Of a stretch of DNA of 64,000 nt, positions 1 to 13,584 are shown in pieces; the first letter of the stretch is position 1, and the number at the start of each line of letters is the position of its first letter. This DNA comes from Microthyrium microscopicum (taxonomy: Eukaryota), in the NCBI GenBank assembly GCA_010405405.1, contig MU004232.1, forward strand, positions 949,481-1,013,480. The letters run 5' to 3'. Below the pieces are notes generated by a model that was not told the origin of the DNA, made no database searches, and saw only the letters and a program-made list of their open reading frames with translations. Made by a program: the position numbers and the translations under genes.

Positions 1-1327
1 AAGAAACTCGCCAACACCACGGTCGACTGGAGTAAAGCTGGAAACCTCTCATTTCTTGCCAAATGGAAGTCGCCCATCAAGGAAGATGACATCGAGCAAT
101 TGACTCAAGTTGGTGTTCAAGAAGCTACGAATTTGGGCTCAGACGTGAAGAATCGATACCATGGATTTCGCAATCCGCCGAAAGTATGGAGCTCGACGGC
201 AGAAAGAACGACAAAAAGCGCGTCTTCTTTCATCAAAGGACTTTCGGCAGGAACGTCGCCGCAACTAGTTGAAGTTAATGAGGGAAAGGAAGAAGGCGCA
301 GATTCACTGACTCCTTATTCTTCTTGTCCTGCGTATAGCTCTTCAAGAGGCTCTGAGCAGTCCGGGGTAAGCACCAGTTCAATCATCTCTTCCAGTTTCA
401 GTCTAACAATATTTTCAGATATATCAGAAAATCTATACCGCTCCGATTATCGCCCGCTTCAACGCCGCCGCACCAGCATTCAACTTCACAGTCGACGATA
501 TCATCGGCATGCAAGAGCTCTGCGGCTACGAATCCGTCATCAACGGCAACGTCTCAACGCCCGGCTACGCCATAAACGCAGACTCACCCTTCTGTTCCCT
601 CGATCTATTCACTGCAGATGAATGGCTTGGCTTCGAATACAGCAACGATCTCATGTACTGGCACGGCATTGGCTACGGAAATCCCATATCCGGCACAATT
701 GGTCTTCCGTGGGCGAAGGCAGCCGCAAACCTTTTGCTCCAGAGCAATAAGCCTGACCAAGATCTCTACGTCTCTTTCACTCATCGCGAGTTGCCTCCAA
801 CTGTGCTAGTTGCGCTGGGACTGTTTAATAATTCTGCTTATACTGCCTCCAGTGACGTCAATACTACGATGCCGTCGAATGAGATCAATCCGAATCGCGA
901 GTGGATATCTTCTCGTATTCTACCATTTTTGACAAATATTGCTATGGAGCGGATGGAATGCAACAGCTTCAACTACACTGAAGGGGATTATTACCGTGTT
1001 CTCGTCAATCAAAGTCCTGCGCCGCTGCCCGGATGTGCGGATGGTCCAGGACTAAGCTGTAGTGGCAAGGGGTTCACGAGTTATATGCAACAACGACAGA
1101 ACATGTTTGGTGGCTTCTCGCAAAAGTGTGGGGTGAAGTACTCGAATTCAACTGATGTGTTAGGTATTTATGGCACTCAGGTTGATGCTGTTGGTAATGG
1201 TACTTCGACTTCGTCTGGTGCGGCAGCAAGCCAGACATCGGCGAAGGGGAGTGCTGCTGGTAGGACGAGTACATCGGTGTCTATGGCAGCTGGTCTATGT
1301 TTAACAATGGCATACATGCTGTGGTAG
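1..1327 (+). CDS. Histidine acid phosphatase/phytase family protein, 5'-truncated by window edge; probable GPI-anchor tail
   Basis: Open frame from base 1, intron 367-418 (GTAAGC...CTAAC...TTTCAG), then the 509..1327 ORF. Motifs RTTKSASSF, DSLTPYSSCP, QELCGYE, SFTHRE, RVLVNQSPAPLPGC are typical of fungal histidine phosphatases. Ser/Thr-rich linker and hydrophobic C-terminus. Confidence 0.85.
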
Positions 1328-1405
1328 CAGAAATTTGGTAGTAGATTTGCTGTCAATAATGATCAATAATATAGCCAGAAATATCCTCCATTTTTGAGTA
1401 CGCAT

Positions 1406-3489
1406 TTACAAAACGCTGCTAAAGCGCTTCCGCATGTTCACAGGCCTTCTTCCGCCTCTACCTTGTCCTCTCATCCCTCCTCTTCCTCTCGGACTTCTCT
1501 CATATTCTATATTGCTTCTTTCATTGCGTGCTATCTCGCCCCACCTCCCCAGGTAAGCTAACCACTCATCCTCTTCTTCAAACTCAACATTCCGCTCAAA
1601 GTCGTAATGAAACTGGACTTGATGACTGATCTCCTTAACATCCTGACCTTGAGCATTGCGAGCTTTGATATCCGCTCCCGCAGCTACAAGAAGCTGGCAT
1701 ATCTTTGCACGTTCGTCGATACGGCGATATTCACGTGTCATTGAGAGAAATTGCATTATCGGTGTCTCATTGTTGCCGTTCCTTTGATTGACGTCGGCAC
1801 CGTGAGAGACAAGCCATTCGACCATTTTTACAGATCGATACAGGATAGCCCAGTTCAGAGGAGTGTAAGCTGCGGCGAACGCGGGGTTTTCGATATAGTT
1901 CTTGGAATGGGGTGGACACAGTTGGAGAAAGCCGATTGATCTTGTCCATCGTATGCACTTGGAATTGACGTTGATACCACGAGTGTAGAGTAGCTGGAGA
2001 AGCTGGTCGACAGTATCTTGATCCCAACCTTGCATGCAGCCGAAACTTATCAGGTCCAACGCGTTCAGCTTGTCAGTCGTTTGCTGCAAAAGGTTGACAT
2101 TCTTGGTCAAGAGATAGGACGTGACATTGTCGCCATAACTCTCCTCAATCCAGATCCTAGGGATTGAAGCCAAAAACGGAGTGACATCTTCCTTGTTGGC
2201 AGTGTCTGGATCAAGGCCATAAGTCTCTACCAGCACTTTGACAACAGGCAGATTTCCATGTCTTGTCGCAAGGAGGACTAGACAGTCGCCATCCCCGTTT
2301 CTATAGTCGCGTAATTTTCGCTCCAGACTGAGTTTAGGATGTGCTTCTTCCCACGCTTCAATACTCTCATTGAAACACCGCAGTGATGTAGTAACAAGTT
2401 CATCGAGCTTCACATCCTTGACACCATCCCTGATCTGTTCCAAATGCTCTTGGTACGCAACCTCTACTAGGTGTACACAGTATTTCCCACAATTCCACTC
2501 TACACTCAAAGCCAAAGGGTTATGAGAGTAAGGATAGACTCCAGATAATATCACACTTGCGCCTCTGCGTACCAATGCTTCAACAAACAAGTAGCGGGCA
2601 CTATCATCATCATCAACAATATCATCCCGAGCATACGTGATGTCTTGATCGTAGTGATGCTTTTCATCGTCCCAGTGCTCTACCTGGTACAAACCCGGAT
2701 TTGAGGCGTGAAGAGCCTGAATCAATGCTGTACTAAAGGTAGGTCCTAGCCATGTCCCACTGCTATGGCGAATGTGGGATGAGTGTCGGTAGTTGAGTTG
2801 GCCACCGGCTTCGAGTAGTACGTCCAGGAGCTCAATTCCACGACTTTGATCAGAGGGGGATATAACTTCATCATCGGTGGGTTCGACTTGATCTGGCTGG
2901 AACCAAGGATCCAAGGTTGGACTGGAGCAATCATTACTGTGTTCGGCGAGTATAATGATGGCCTCGCTTATTACGTCCTCTGGTAAGCCTTGCTCAAGTA
3001 TCAACTTGATAGTTTGAAAGATTTTATCATCCAGAGTCCAGTTCTGAATAGATCCAAACAACGCGTTGGCCAGCTGCTGATCAATGATATCTTGAACTTA
3101 GTTAGCAGATAATCTCTCTTTCCATTCAACCAAAACGTACCAGCTCGGCAGTGCTCGAATATGACCTTGAGGCATTGAGATTTTTGTCCTTCGGCTGCGA
3201 ATTGTAAAGCCGTGCCAGAAAAACCCATATGGTCTTGATAGAACACTTGAACAGCAGTAGCTCCTTTTTGCAAAAGTAGTTTGAGAACTTCAATGCGTTC
3301 ATATCGAATGGCAGTATGAAGCGCAGTGGTTCCGGCTTCTAGACTATCGTATCGGTCCTCGTGGTTGATATCGAATCCTGCGTCCAGCATGTCGTGGATT
3401 ATGCGTATATCACCAGTTTTCACGGCTTCTTTGAAGCGTTGAGACTCAGTAAGCTCGCATGAAGATTTATCTGCCATTGCCGTTGCCAT
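1406..3489 (-). CDS. Ankyrin-repeat protein
   Basis: ORFs 3001..3489 and 1406..3061 join through intron 3091-3140 (GTACGT...CTAAC...AAG). Several ankyrin motifs (TALHTAI, TALQFAA, TPLNWAI, GADVN, GADIK). RGG-rich C-terminal tail. Confidence 0.85.
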
Positions 3490-4386
3490 TGCAAAGTTGG
3501 ATACACCGAGGCGCGGAAAAGAATCACAGTGAAGGTCTGGCAGAGGATTGTTGAAACGAATTATGAGGCATCTTATATATTAGAAGGATCAATGAATATG
3601 CCTTGACGCGAAAATCCGAAAGTCGATACCTTACATGCCACTCTCAATCACGGTGTCCTGAACTATATCGCGTTGGCGCAATCAATATCAATTTCTCCTA
3701 AAGTAAAGTTGTATGGCCTTCCTGTAGGATTCGAGAGAGGCGCAGTCAGAGTCTTGCTGATTCCAATGGGAAAATAAGGTTAGTCCTTACCGACGGCGAT
3801 GGCTGCTACTACCTGTTTGACATGCAGGATGCAACATCTATCATCACACTCGATGAATTAGCGAAGTGTGAACTCCTTTGTGGCCATAGAAGGCGACATA
3901 GTAGGTGCTGGAGGCGCCTTATTTATCTTGCCATCCCCTAGGCTGCCTAGAGGATTATGAAGAACTTCATTGGATATGTTACACGCTTGAGTTACTCTGG
4001 TCATCCTCATGTACAATACATGATGCAGAGAATGAAGAGTTGAGGTGGAAGTAAACAACGTGGTGCGAAAGAAGCACATGGGAGGATCGTGGCGACCGCG
4101 ACAAGCCGCGAGTCACGATGTCCCCTTGAAGCAGATCACCCCACCACCAGCCTCGTCATCATGACATTGTCTCCAACCCTCACAAAATCTTGGACTTTTC
4201 TTCAACTTTCCTTGTCATCTTGCGTGATTTTCAAAGCACCAATTGAATCCAAAGGTTTGTGAGCAGAGTTTTCCGGTTCACCCCACTTTACCAGTCATTG
4301 ACAGCCATACAGGTGGCCAGCTTTAGAGCTACATAAAGCTTGTTTAGAAGCTCAAAGCTTACTTCAACTACCTACCCGGGTCAACC

Positions 4387-6080
4387 ATGGCTTCGGTACT
4401 GCGTCAATCTTCTAGACTACCATTCAAACATCTGAGAGCTTCCTCTCGCTTCACATCTTTGCCAATTGCCTCTTCCTCCGCCTTATTCAACAGAAGCATG
4501 GCGTCAATTGCATCTGCCCCGCCTCACGATGGCGAGAAGCCATTCTTCCCTGACGAGCCAGAGAACCCCACGGTGAAGACTGAGATCCCAGGTCCTATCA
4601 GCAAAAAGGCCATTGAGAGGCTGGAGAAGGTGTTTGACACTCGAAGCTTGAACATGATGGGTGACTACAACAAATCTGTCGCCAACTAGTATGTCAATTC
4701 GCGTTACTCATCGAATGACCGGACTGACATGATTGAAGCATTGTTGATCCAGACGGCAATACTCTTCTCGACGTGTAAGCGAGGCACGCCAATTGAACGA
4801 TATCAAGCTCTAATACCTGATAGATACGCCCAAATTGCATCCATTCCCGTCGGATACAACAACGCCACCCTCCGCAAAGTAGCTTCAAGCCCCGAGATGG
4901 TATCATCTCTCATCAACCGTCCAGCACTGGGCAATTTTCCCCAACACGACCTAGCCGACATTCTCGAAACCGGCATCCTCAAAGCCGCCCCAAAAGGCAT
5001 GACCCAAGTATTCACCGGCACAACCGGCAGTGACGCCAACGAACTCGCCTACAAAGCCGCCTTCATATACCAACAGACCAAGAAACGTGGTGGTCCACAT
5101 GTAGAGTTCACCGCCGAAGAAGAGAATGCCTCAATGCACAATATGGCACCCGGATCGCCTCCTCTCAGCATTCTAAGCTTCAAATCTGGCTTCCACGGCC
5201 GTCTCTTCGGCTCGCTAAGCACGACTCGCAGTAAACCAATCCACAAACTCGACATTCCCGCCTTTGACTGGCCCCAAGCCCCCTTCCCAGTACAAAAATT
5301 TCCGCTTGAAAAACACGAAGCCGACAATGCCAAAGAGGAACAACGCTGTCTGGATGAAGTCGAGCGCTTACTAGTCACATACCACAACAAGCCCGCCGCC
5401 ATCGTCGTCGAGCCAATCCAATCCGAAGGCGGCGATAACCATGCGAGCCCCAATTTCTTCAAGGGCCTACGCGCAGTAACGAAGAAACACGGCGTCCTGT
5501 TCATCGTCGATGAAGTACAAACAGGTCTCGGCGCAACCGGCAAATTCTGGGCTCATGAACACTGGAACCTAAGCGAACCACCGGATATGGTAACATTCAG
5601 CAAAAAGGCTCAAGCAGCAGGCTACTACTTCCATGATCCAGCGCTGCGTCCAAATAAGCCATATCGCCAATTCAATACGTGGATGGGTGACCCCTCACGC
5701 GCTATCTTATTCAAGGGAATCCTCGAGGAGATTGAGCGCCTCAATCTCGTGGAACACACTGCGAAGGTTGGCGACTATCTGTACGGCAAACTGGAAGCTT
5801 TACAAGCCAAATACCCGGAGGAGATTAAGAACCTGCGCGGCCAAGGACAGGGTACTTTCATCGCATGGGATTCGCCAAGACGAGATGCGATTTTGAAGAA
5901 GGCGAAGACTGTGGGTCTGAATATTGGCGGTAGTGGTGCTGCGGCGGTACGGTTACGGCCTATGCTGATTTTCCAGAAACATCATGGTAAGTTTGCTCAC
6001 CTTGTTCAAAATGACATTAAACTAACGGCTCGACAGCGGACATCCTGATTGATGGGCTGGACAAGTGCTTCAAGTCATAG
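4387..6080 (+). CDS. UGA1: 4-aminobutyrate (GABA) aminotransferase, mitochondrial
   Basis: Arg/Ser-rich presequence; class-III aminotransferase motifs GFHGRLFGSLS, EPIQSEGGD, FIVDEVQTG, TFSKK; three short introns; final exon ends TAG at 6078-6080. Confidence 0.95.
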
Positions 6081-6188
6081 CGGTCCCTAAATAGCTACCT
6101 GTAGCATGCACTATCATCTTGTGGTCTATTTGTTCATTACCTGCCTAGTATATAAAGCGATATCAACGTCTCCTTCCTATTTACTTGT

Positions 6189-9100
6189 CTACAAATGCTC
6201 TCCACCCTGTTCCCACTGTCCCTCTCCCTCATCCCCATCCCCCTCCCACTCCAACTTCTCCAACTCTCTCGCGAAAAAGTCCCGTTCTGCAAGACCTCCA
6301 CCACTCCTCCTCCCCATCTGCACCGGATATCTCTTGAGATTATAGTAATGCGTCAGCGCTCTCAAACTCTGCTCCATCGGCACCGCCATATCAACATCCG
6401 TATCCACATCCGCACTCAGCAGCCAGTCATCGCGTAACTCCGGTCTACAATGGAGATACACCGCTGTAATCACGCGCATGTTCGATTGGCGCCATTTGCG
6501 TCCGCAGTAGGGCACTTGGTTTTTGAATAATTTGAGGGTGTAGAGGCGCAATTCGCGTTGTGGGACGCGTAGGGATTTGCGCAGGTAGGTGGCGGATTTG
6601 TATTGGACTAGCATGAGGTTTCGGTGGGCTTTGGATTTGCAGGCTTTGTGTAAGATGCGGAGAAAGTTTATGCTGGAGAAGAAGTTGCGCCAGCTGAAGG
6701 TCGTTATAGGGAGGGAGGGGAGGATCGTGGTGGGGAGACCTAGTTCGTCGACTTCGGGGGCTGTGGGTGGTGTATCGCTTTGGGGTGGTGTGGTGTTTGT
6801 TGGTTTTGGTGAGCGGTGACGGGCGATTGGTGGTGGTAAGGCATCGTCGTCGGAGTCGGAGTCGGAAGGAAGTGGCTCTGGGTTCATGAGGCTTGGTGAT
6901 TGAGGATGTGGTGGGCTGGGAGGAGTTGGTTGGGGTGCGTTGCGGGAGAGGCTGCGGCAGTATGGGAAGAGACTGATTGGAATGTTAGTCTTGTAGTAAC
7001 ATCAACTTGGAGGCAGCTTACTTGAATTCGACCCGGTCTGATTTCATGTTCACCACTCGTTCCATCTCTTGAGATTGAAGAAGTTTGAGAATGATGGGAA
7101 CATAATTGGCATCAACCAGGAGTTGGCAAAGATACTCAAACTTTAGGACATCTATCATACTATCAGCATATACGGCCTTTGTGTTTCTTGGACTAGCTTA
7201 CGAGAAACCTTGAACCACTTCAGTAGTAATAGGACAAGTCCTGATGCCGCCTTCGCAGTGACCTCCTGAGTTCTTAGAACCTCCAGCTCATCAAGACTCA
7301 TTTTCGAAGTATCAAATGGCTGTGGAGCAGCTTCATTGCCATTAGCTTGAGTAGTGCCATTACCATTTTCATAAACTGATTGTGGGCCATTCATGCCATT
7401 GGCGATCAGGGATGTAAGAGTTGCAATGATAGTCTTGAGTACAACTACAACAACAGACTGGAGATGTGGTAGACCATCGCGCTAGATATGTTAGAGAAAG
7501 GTTCCAATTGCGAAGATTGGTACTTACATAGTAGTCTTCAACAGTGTCTAGCCGATCCTGTACCGAACCATCATGTATCCGAGTAGTCTTGGAGTCCCCT
7601 TCTTGATTCTTCTCATCTTCCGCATTCTTGAGATCTTTTGCCGCGTCTTCCAAGGTTATCGGGCCGTCATCCTCTAGATCAAAAGGAGCGATATCCTTAT
7701 TCTCATCATCCACCCATCCTCTTTCATACTGAAGAAACTCGCTCCGAGCATCCCAGAGCTGTTTCATTGCTCTCGTCGCTCGAATTCTCGACGAAAATAG
7801 CTCCGATGCTTCGAGAATTGATATCGGTATATCTGCTCCATCCCACTTGCGTCCTACAAGGACGTCTTGTAAATATGTCGTTCCCTTACCACCCAGTTGA
7901 TTGGCATTAATATCAAGTGGTGGGTACATGAAAGGAAACAATTGATTTGTTTGATAGTTTTGTTTCTTTCCTCCTTTTCCAGCGGCGGGAGATGGTGGAG
8001 GTGATGGGGCTGGAGTAGCGATATGGACAGGTTGATGGAGGATTGAGCTTCCATGCTGAGTCTGTGGTTGAAAGACACCATTCGTAGACCGGCTGGTGTT
8101 TGCTCGTAACGGAGGGAGTATTGACTTTTGCTCTGGCTCCATAGGAAAGGTGCCTTTTGGTGGAATGTATGCGGGATATTTGGAGGTGATTTCTTGTCGG
8201 AATGAATGATAGTCTAATGGGGATGCGGTGATTATTGGCTTTGTCGGTTTATCTCGGGCAGGATCCTTTTCTTGGAATGAATCTTTGGCCTTTTCCACTT
8301 CAGGTAGCCCCCCTAATAACACCAATACTGCCTTCCAAGCTAGTAGAAGGATTCTAACCATAGGAATCTGGATTGTCTCATCCCATCTTATGCTGTTGAT
8401 GACATCGCCCAGATATATCAGGATGTTCAATTTCGAGTTTACTATGAAGATCAGTATATATGCGTGGTAGCTGACAATCGGACAACCTTACGTAGTTGGG
8501 ATCGATATGCCAATTGCTTTTCACTGTCCGAGCAGGATCGAATTGCCTCTAGACATATGTACAAAAGGGTTGCGGCGTACCATATTTCTCGTTGTTCCGC
8601 TTCGCGTTGAATAGCAATAATGTCCAGTCGTGTGACATCTCCGTTGCTACAATCATCAGCAAGCCTAGTTGTAGGAAAAGAGCTGCTCAACTCACCATTC
8701 CCGATCAACAGTTGTTTTAAAAATCTCCATAATGGGTTGTATACCGTGGCAATCGAGTATGAGCTCAGCGTTGCGCTTAATCCACTCAATCTGCAGCCCA
8801 AAATCATCATACTGCGATTCAAGCATACTATTCAGCTCCTCGCTCTTATACGGCTCATCCGCAGAGGAACTCGTACTCTCGCTATCCCTCCTCTTCCCTT
8901 TCCCAGAACTCGAAGCATGCTCCCGCCAACTATCCGACTGCAGCCCAGCCGTCTCATGCCAACATCCAAGCGCCAAATAAACCAGCGTCTCCAGACTATT
9001 CAGTCTCTGATCCATATCGCCAGTCTTCAACGCCGCCAATTGCGCCTCAACAAAGTGCTCCCGCTCCTTCTCCTCAGCATCACCCCAATCATTCGCAGCC

Positions 9101-9696
9101 TTCCCTTCACCAAAGCCTGACTGTCTCCACGAGCCCCACGTCTCCCCAAAAGAAGAAAACGTCTTTGCAATCCGCGCCCGCTCCTGCAAACTATACGAAA
9201 ACCACTCCTCCAACTCCTCCGGCAAACTCGCCGCATCCTGATACACAAACGCATACGGCGCAGGTTCCTGTCTCGGCAAATCCTTCACCAGCGCCCTCAA
9301 CTGTTGCAGCGAGAGTGAATCTGGTGCAAGTGCCGAGTCACCATTACTATCACTGCCCAAGGAATTCGGAGCTTCAGGTGCAGCAGGCGGCGGATCAGGA
9401 GGCGGTTGTCTCGGCGCTGGAACGGCAGAGTTGTTGCTGCCTTCGCGGCGTATTATGGGGCGGGTGGGGAGGGCGATGCCATCGCGGGGGAGGGAGGGTT
9501 TGAAGGCGCGGAGGGCGCTGAGGATGCCGATTGCGTCGGTTGGGACGGGTTCATCATTAGGAATGTGATTGTCGGAGGAGATGGAGTCGTTCGTGGGAAG
9601 GGGGTTCGAGTCGGATTCGTTGTCGGTGGGGAGGATTAGGTCGGCTTCGTCGATTAGAGGGGCTAGAAGCTCAGCGGGTTCTTCGTCGGTGGCCAT
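6189..9696 (-). CDS. FAR11: STRIPAK subunit STRIP1/2 (Far11/HAM-2/PRO22; N1221 plus DUF3402 domains)
   Basis: Multi-exon gene. Conserved blocks EELEEWFSY, ITSKYPAY, HIATPAPSPPPSP, KKQNYQTNQLFPFMYPP, LYTLKLFKNQVPYCGRKWRQSNMRVITAVYLHCRPELRDDWL. Confidence 0.92.
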
Positions 9697-10111
9697 GGCT
9701 GTTCATTGATTTGCGAAAAAGGTTGTCGATCAGTAAAGCATTCAGGAATTGTTTGGGAGGGCCAGGCGTAGGCGCTGGCGGGTGGTGAAGATGAATTGTT
9801 GGGAGGGAGAAGGTTGAATTGATGGGAGCTCGGGCCCTCCTTTGCCGCATCCTTGTCATCTTGTTTAGTTCGACAAGGCTGAGACATTGATCGAGTACGT
9901 ACATACAACCATTCAAGGTTCGAGTAACATCAATATTATTTTATTATACTATTTCCTGTTCTCGCAAGGCGCGTGTTAGTAAGTAGCACAGATAATACTA
10001 TCTTTATGAATGTTACAATTGGCATCAAACTCAATATGTACAAGGACGCCCGCTATCTTTAAATCTCAGAATACACTTCTAGGCCTCGGATTCTATATCC
10101 CATATCCAAAA

Positions 10112-12543
10112 TTAACCAGATGCTGCCTCTGTTGGCCCATAGGCGACTTGTGGATTCGGTTCACCCTGCGACATGAAGTTTGTTTCAGGGTTACCAGCAG
10201 CTTTGGCTGCTGAGCATCTAGCCATAGTAGGAGAACTATCAATGTTAGTCAAATCCTGTCAGGAGAAATCATCGATCTTACCTTCGAGTGATGACATCTG
10301 TGAGATAAAAGTCTTGAATGACCTTCTTAAGCGGTGTATTTGATGATTTCGAGCCCTTGTTCTGATCAACCAGTTGTACCTTTGCAAGTGCAGTCAGACC
10401 GGTTGATTCAACGCTATCATAACGTCTCATAACTGGAGAGATCTCCTCCATACGATCTCTTAATGATTCAATGTCATCATATGGTAGAGGAGCTCCAAGG
10501 TACTCTGACACTGCTCGAATGATTTTCCAATCTTCTCGTGCAGCTCCAGGAAGACCAACAGCATTCCGCGTCATCTGCACTCTGCCCTCTGTGTTCAAGT
10601 AGGTTCCTTGTTTTTCGGTATATGTGGCTCCTGGAAGGACGACATCGGCAATCTGTGCTCCCTTGTCGCCATGGTGACCTTGGTAAACGACAAAGGCATC
10701 CTTGGGGATATCGGCCTCATTGAACTCATCTGCTGCGAGTAACCAGACAAATTTTGGCTTCGTTTCCGCTACTGCCTTTGAAGGTACTGACCAGCCCACT
10801 TCGTAAGCTCCAGTTCGCGAGGCAGTTCTTTGCAAGACGTTGTAGCCGTTCCATTCGGGTGTGGAGAATTTGGACTTGTTCTTCTCCACGAAACTTCCGA
10901 TTATTTCGTACAGACTCTGTGAATCAGCGTGTTCTGTGACTCCGCTTCCAATGATGATCATTGGCTTCTCAGCCGCAGCGAGCTTCTTGCCGAAGCCTGA
11001 TGCCAGCTCTTTCTTGAGATCTGATGCTGTTTCACCAAGCTTGGTGTAATCGAAGGTGTGGGCAAAGTCTTCACCAATGAGACCGACTTCGAGCTCAGAG
11101 TTAAGCCATCGTTTTCTGATGCGTGCATTTAACACTGCTGCTTCGTGCCGAGGGTTGGTTCCAACAAGTAGAACTACGTCTGCCTGTTCAACTCCAGGGA
11201 TCTTGGAGTTGAATGTGAAATTTGATCGGACGTCGACGCCGTGTGCAAGTGGTTCGTTGCCTTTGGGTTGATCCAGAGCCAGATTTTCGGATCCCAGTCT
11301 ATTGGCCAAATCCTTCATAGCCACAAGCGATTCGGTTTCCACAAGGTGTCCGGCAATGACCTTAAACTCGTCCTTAGTAGGTTTCATCTTTTGGTATGCT
11401 TCGCCAATTGAGACGAGTGCTTGTTCCCAGGAGACCGGCTGAAGACTGTTGTCTTGTTTAACCAGAGGGATAGTTAATCGCTGAGTGTTCAATCCGTCAC
11501 AGGCAAATCGAGTCTTGTCATCAATCCATTCTTCATTGACATCGTCATTTAGTCTCGGAATGACTCTCATGACTACCGCGCCTCTTGCGTCAACCCGGAT
11601 GTTTGAGCCGAGACCGTTGTGAATGTCGATGGTTTCGGTGTGATATAATTCCCAAGGTCGAGCTCTAAAGGCGTATGGTTTTGAGGTCAACGCACCAACG
11701 GGGCAGAGATCAATAACGTTTCCTGAGAGTTCGGTGTCCAGTGCGGTTTCGAGATATGTGCCGATTTGTAGATCGTTTCCACGTCCAGTAGAGCCGAATT
11801 CGTGAGCTCCAGCAACATCATTTGCGAAACGCACACATCGAGTGCAATGAATACACCGGTTCATCGACGTCTTGAACAATTAGTTGAAGCCATCCTCTGT
11901 TTGCATGAACACATACCTTTACAAGAGGTCCAATATTCTTGTCTTCCACAGCTCTCTTTCCCCCCATCTCATGAAATCTTCCTCGATCAGCACCATATCT
12001 CATGCTCTGATCCTGCAAATCACACTCTCCACCCTGATCGCAAATCGGGCAGTCCAGAGGATGATTCGCCAGCAAGAATTCCATCACACCTTCCCGAGCT
12101 TTATGTACGAGGGGCGAGTTTGTCTTGACAACCATTCCAGGAGCGACAGGCCACGCGCACGAAGCGATTGGTTTTGGCGCCTTTTCAACCTCCACCAAGC
12201 ACATACGACAATTTCCAGCAATCATGAGCTTCTCATGGTAACAATATCGGGGGATCGTGGCACCAGCTTTCTCGCAAGCTTGAATGAGGGCGGCTCCGGC
12301 TAAAATGGCGTTAGAATGACACGATCGAGACGAGGATGGGGAATATTAACCTTCAATTTGAATCTTCTTTCCATCTAAAACCCATCGTCAGCTCAATTGC
12401 ATTCCCAATCATGAAGTATACCCACCTATCGTGATTTCAACCTCCGCCTGTCTCGAACTACTAGAGCTGAACGTCCGTGGCACATTGCCTCTAGATTGGG
12501 CCGCAGCCCTTTTGAACGATCTCAAGAGCTGATTCCGCAGCAT
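10112..12543 (-). CDS. nuo78: NADH:ubiquinone oxidoreductase 75/78-kDa subunit (NDUFS1)
   Basis: ATG at 12543 ([12 protein letters not shown] presequence); Fe-S motifs [50 protein letters not shown] at 10112-10114. Confidence 0.97.
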
Positions 12544-13341
12544 CTTGAACCGCAGTAAAAGTGTAGAGATGTCCCAATGAGCGTGGCAACGGCTGCTGTA
12601 ACTAGCATGTTAATGCTGAGGTCAACGAAAGCTCGGGAAAACGGCCGTCGTTGATCCGCCACGCTAGGCCAAAAATGGCTCAAGTCTTGGCACTTCTTCC
12701 TAAAATCTCTGTGGTGATTGGAGCTTGCAGCTTTCTCTTCTTCTTTCTTTTCCATATACTCATATGGACGCCAATTATTGTAGGGAAAGCTGGGGAATTT
12801 CTACTAGCTTTCCCTCTACAGCGTGTTCTAGATCAATTTTTTGCATCGTAGCTGGAGCTCTGGAGTTTTGCTATGAAGCGTTGTTCCTTACCAACGGTGC
12901 CACATTCTTTTTGATCAAGCTGGAAATTTTTGGGAAATGGATTTACGTGATTTTGCTGATGTTATAATTTGTGAGACGTTGTCTGCCTAAGTATCTATGT
13001 ACAAGAGTCCGGACGCGGGTTCTGAAGGACGGTCTTCCACACAAGCCGCAGGCGACTGCTGGACGTCTTCCTGCCCAGTGGTTTTATCAAGTCAAGGTCT
13101 ACATGGCACACAGAAGCTATCTCTTGCCCATCGAGGCAACTGCTCTAGCAACCGTCCTCTTCAGGCCCTTCACGACAGCTACACCAAAACGCCCTTTGTA
13201 CTTGCGCGACCAGAAGTACGCCCTGAGTTGTATATGTACTGGCGTAAGCGAGCAGCATCTTGCCATGTTCAAGCGGCGCTCGCTATAGCTTATTCCCTTT
13301 TCCTTCGTGCTCCTTCTCATTCAACCCACGTATCATTCGAA

Positions 13342-13584
13342 TCATCCGCCCAACCCGACAAAGTGCGTAACCAATCGTGCTCGTCTTTTAACCGTATCGA
13401 TGGTCTGCTGGCTGGTAAATCCTTTCTTGGTCTCATCTTTCCGTATGCGAATAGCCGCTGCTCCGATGCCAATTGAGATGGCGAATAGAGGATCGAGATT
13501 TCTAGCGCGGCGTTAGACGTGCTTTCTGTAGCCTTGAATTCTTACATACCTCGATATGAGGTAAGCGTATCTTGTAGCTGCCAT
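13342..13584 (-). CDS. NCE101: Non-classical export protein 1-like microprotein (64 aa), not in ORF track
   Basis: Exon 13584-13550, intron 13549-13502 (GTATGT...CTAAC...TAG), exon 13501-13342 gives MAATRYAYLISRNLDPLFAISIGIGAAAIRIRKDETKKGFTSQQTIDTVKRR...; the YLIS-x-x-DPLFAI pattern is what I recall for Nce101. Confidence 0.85.
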
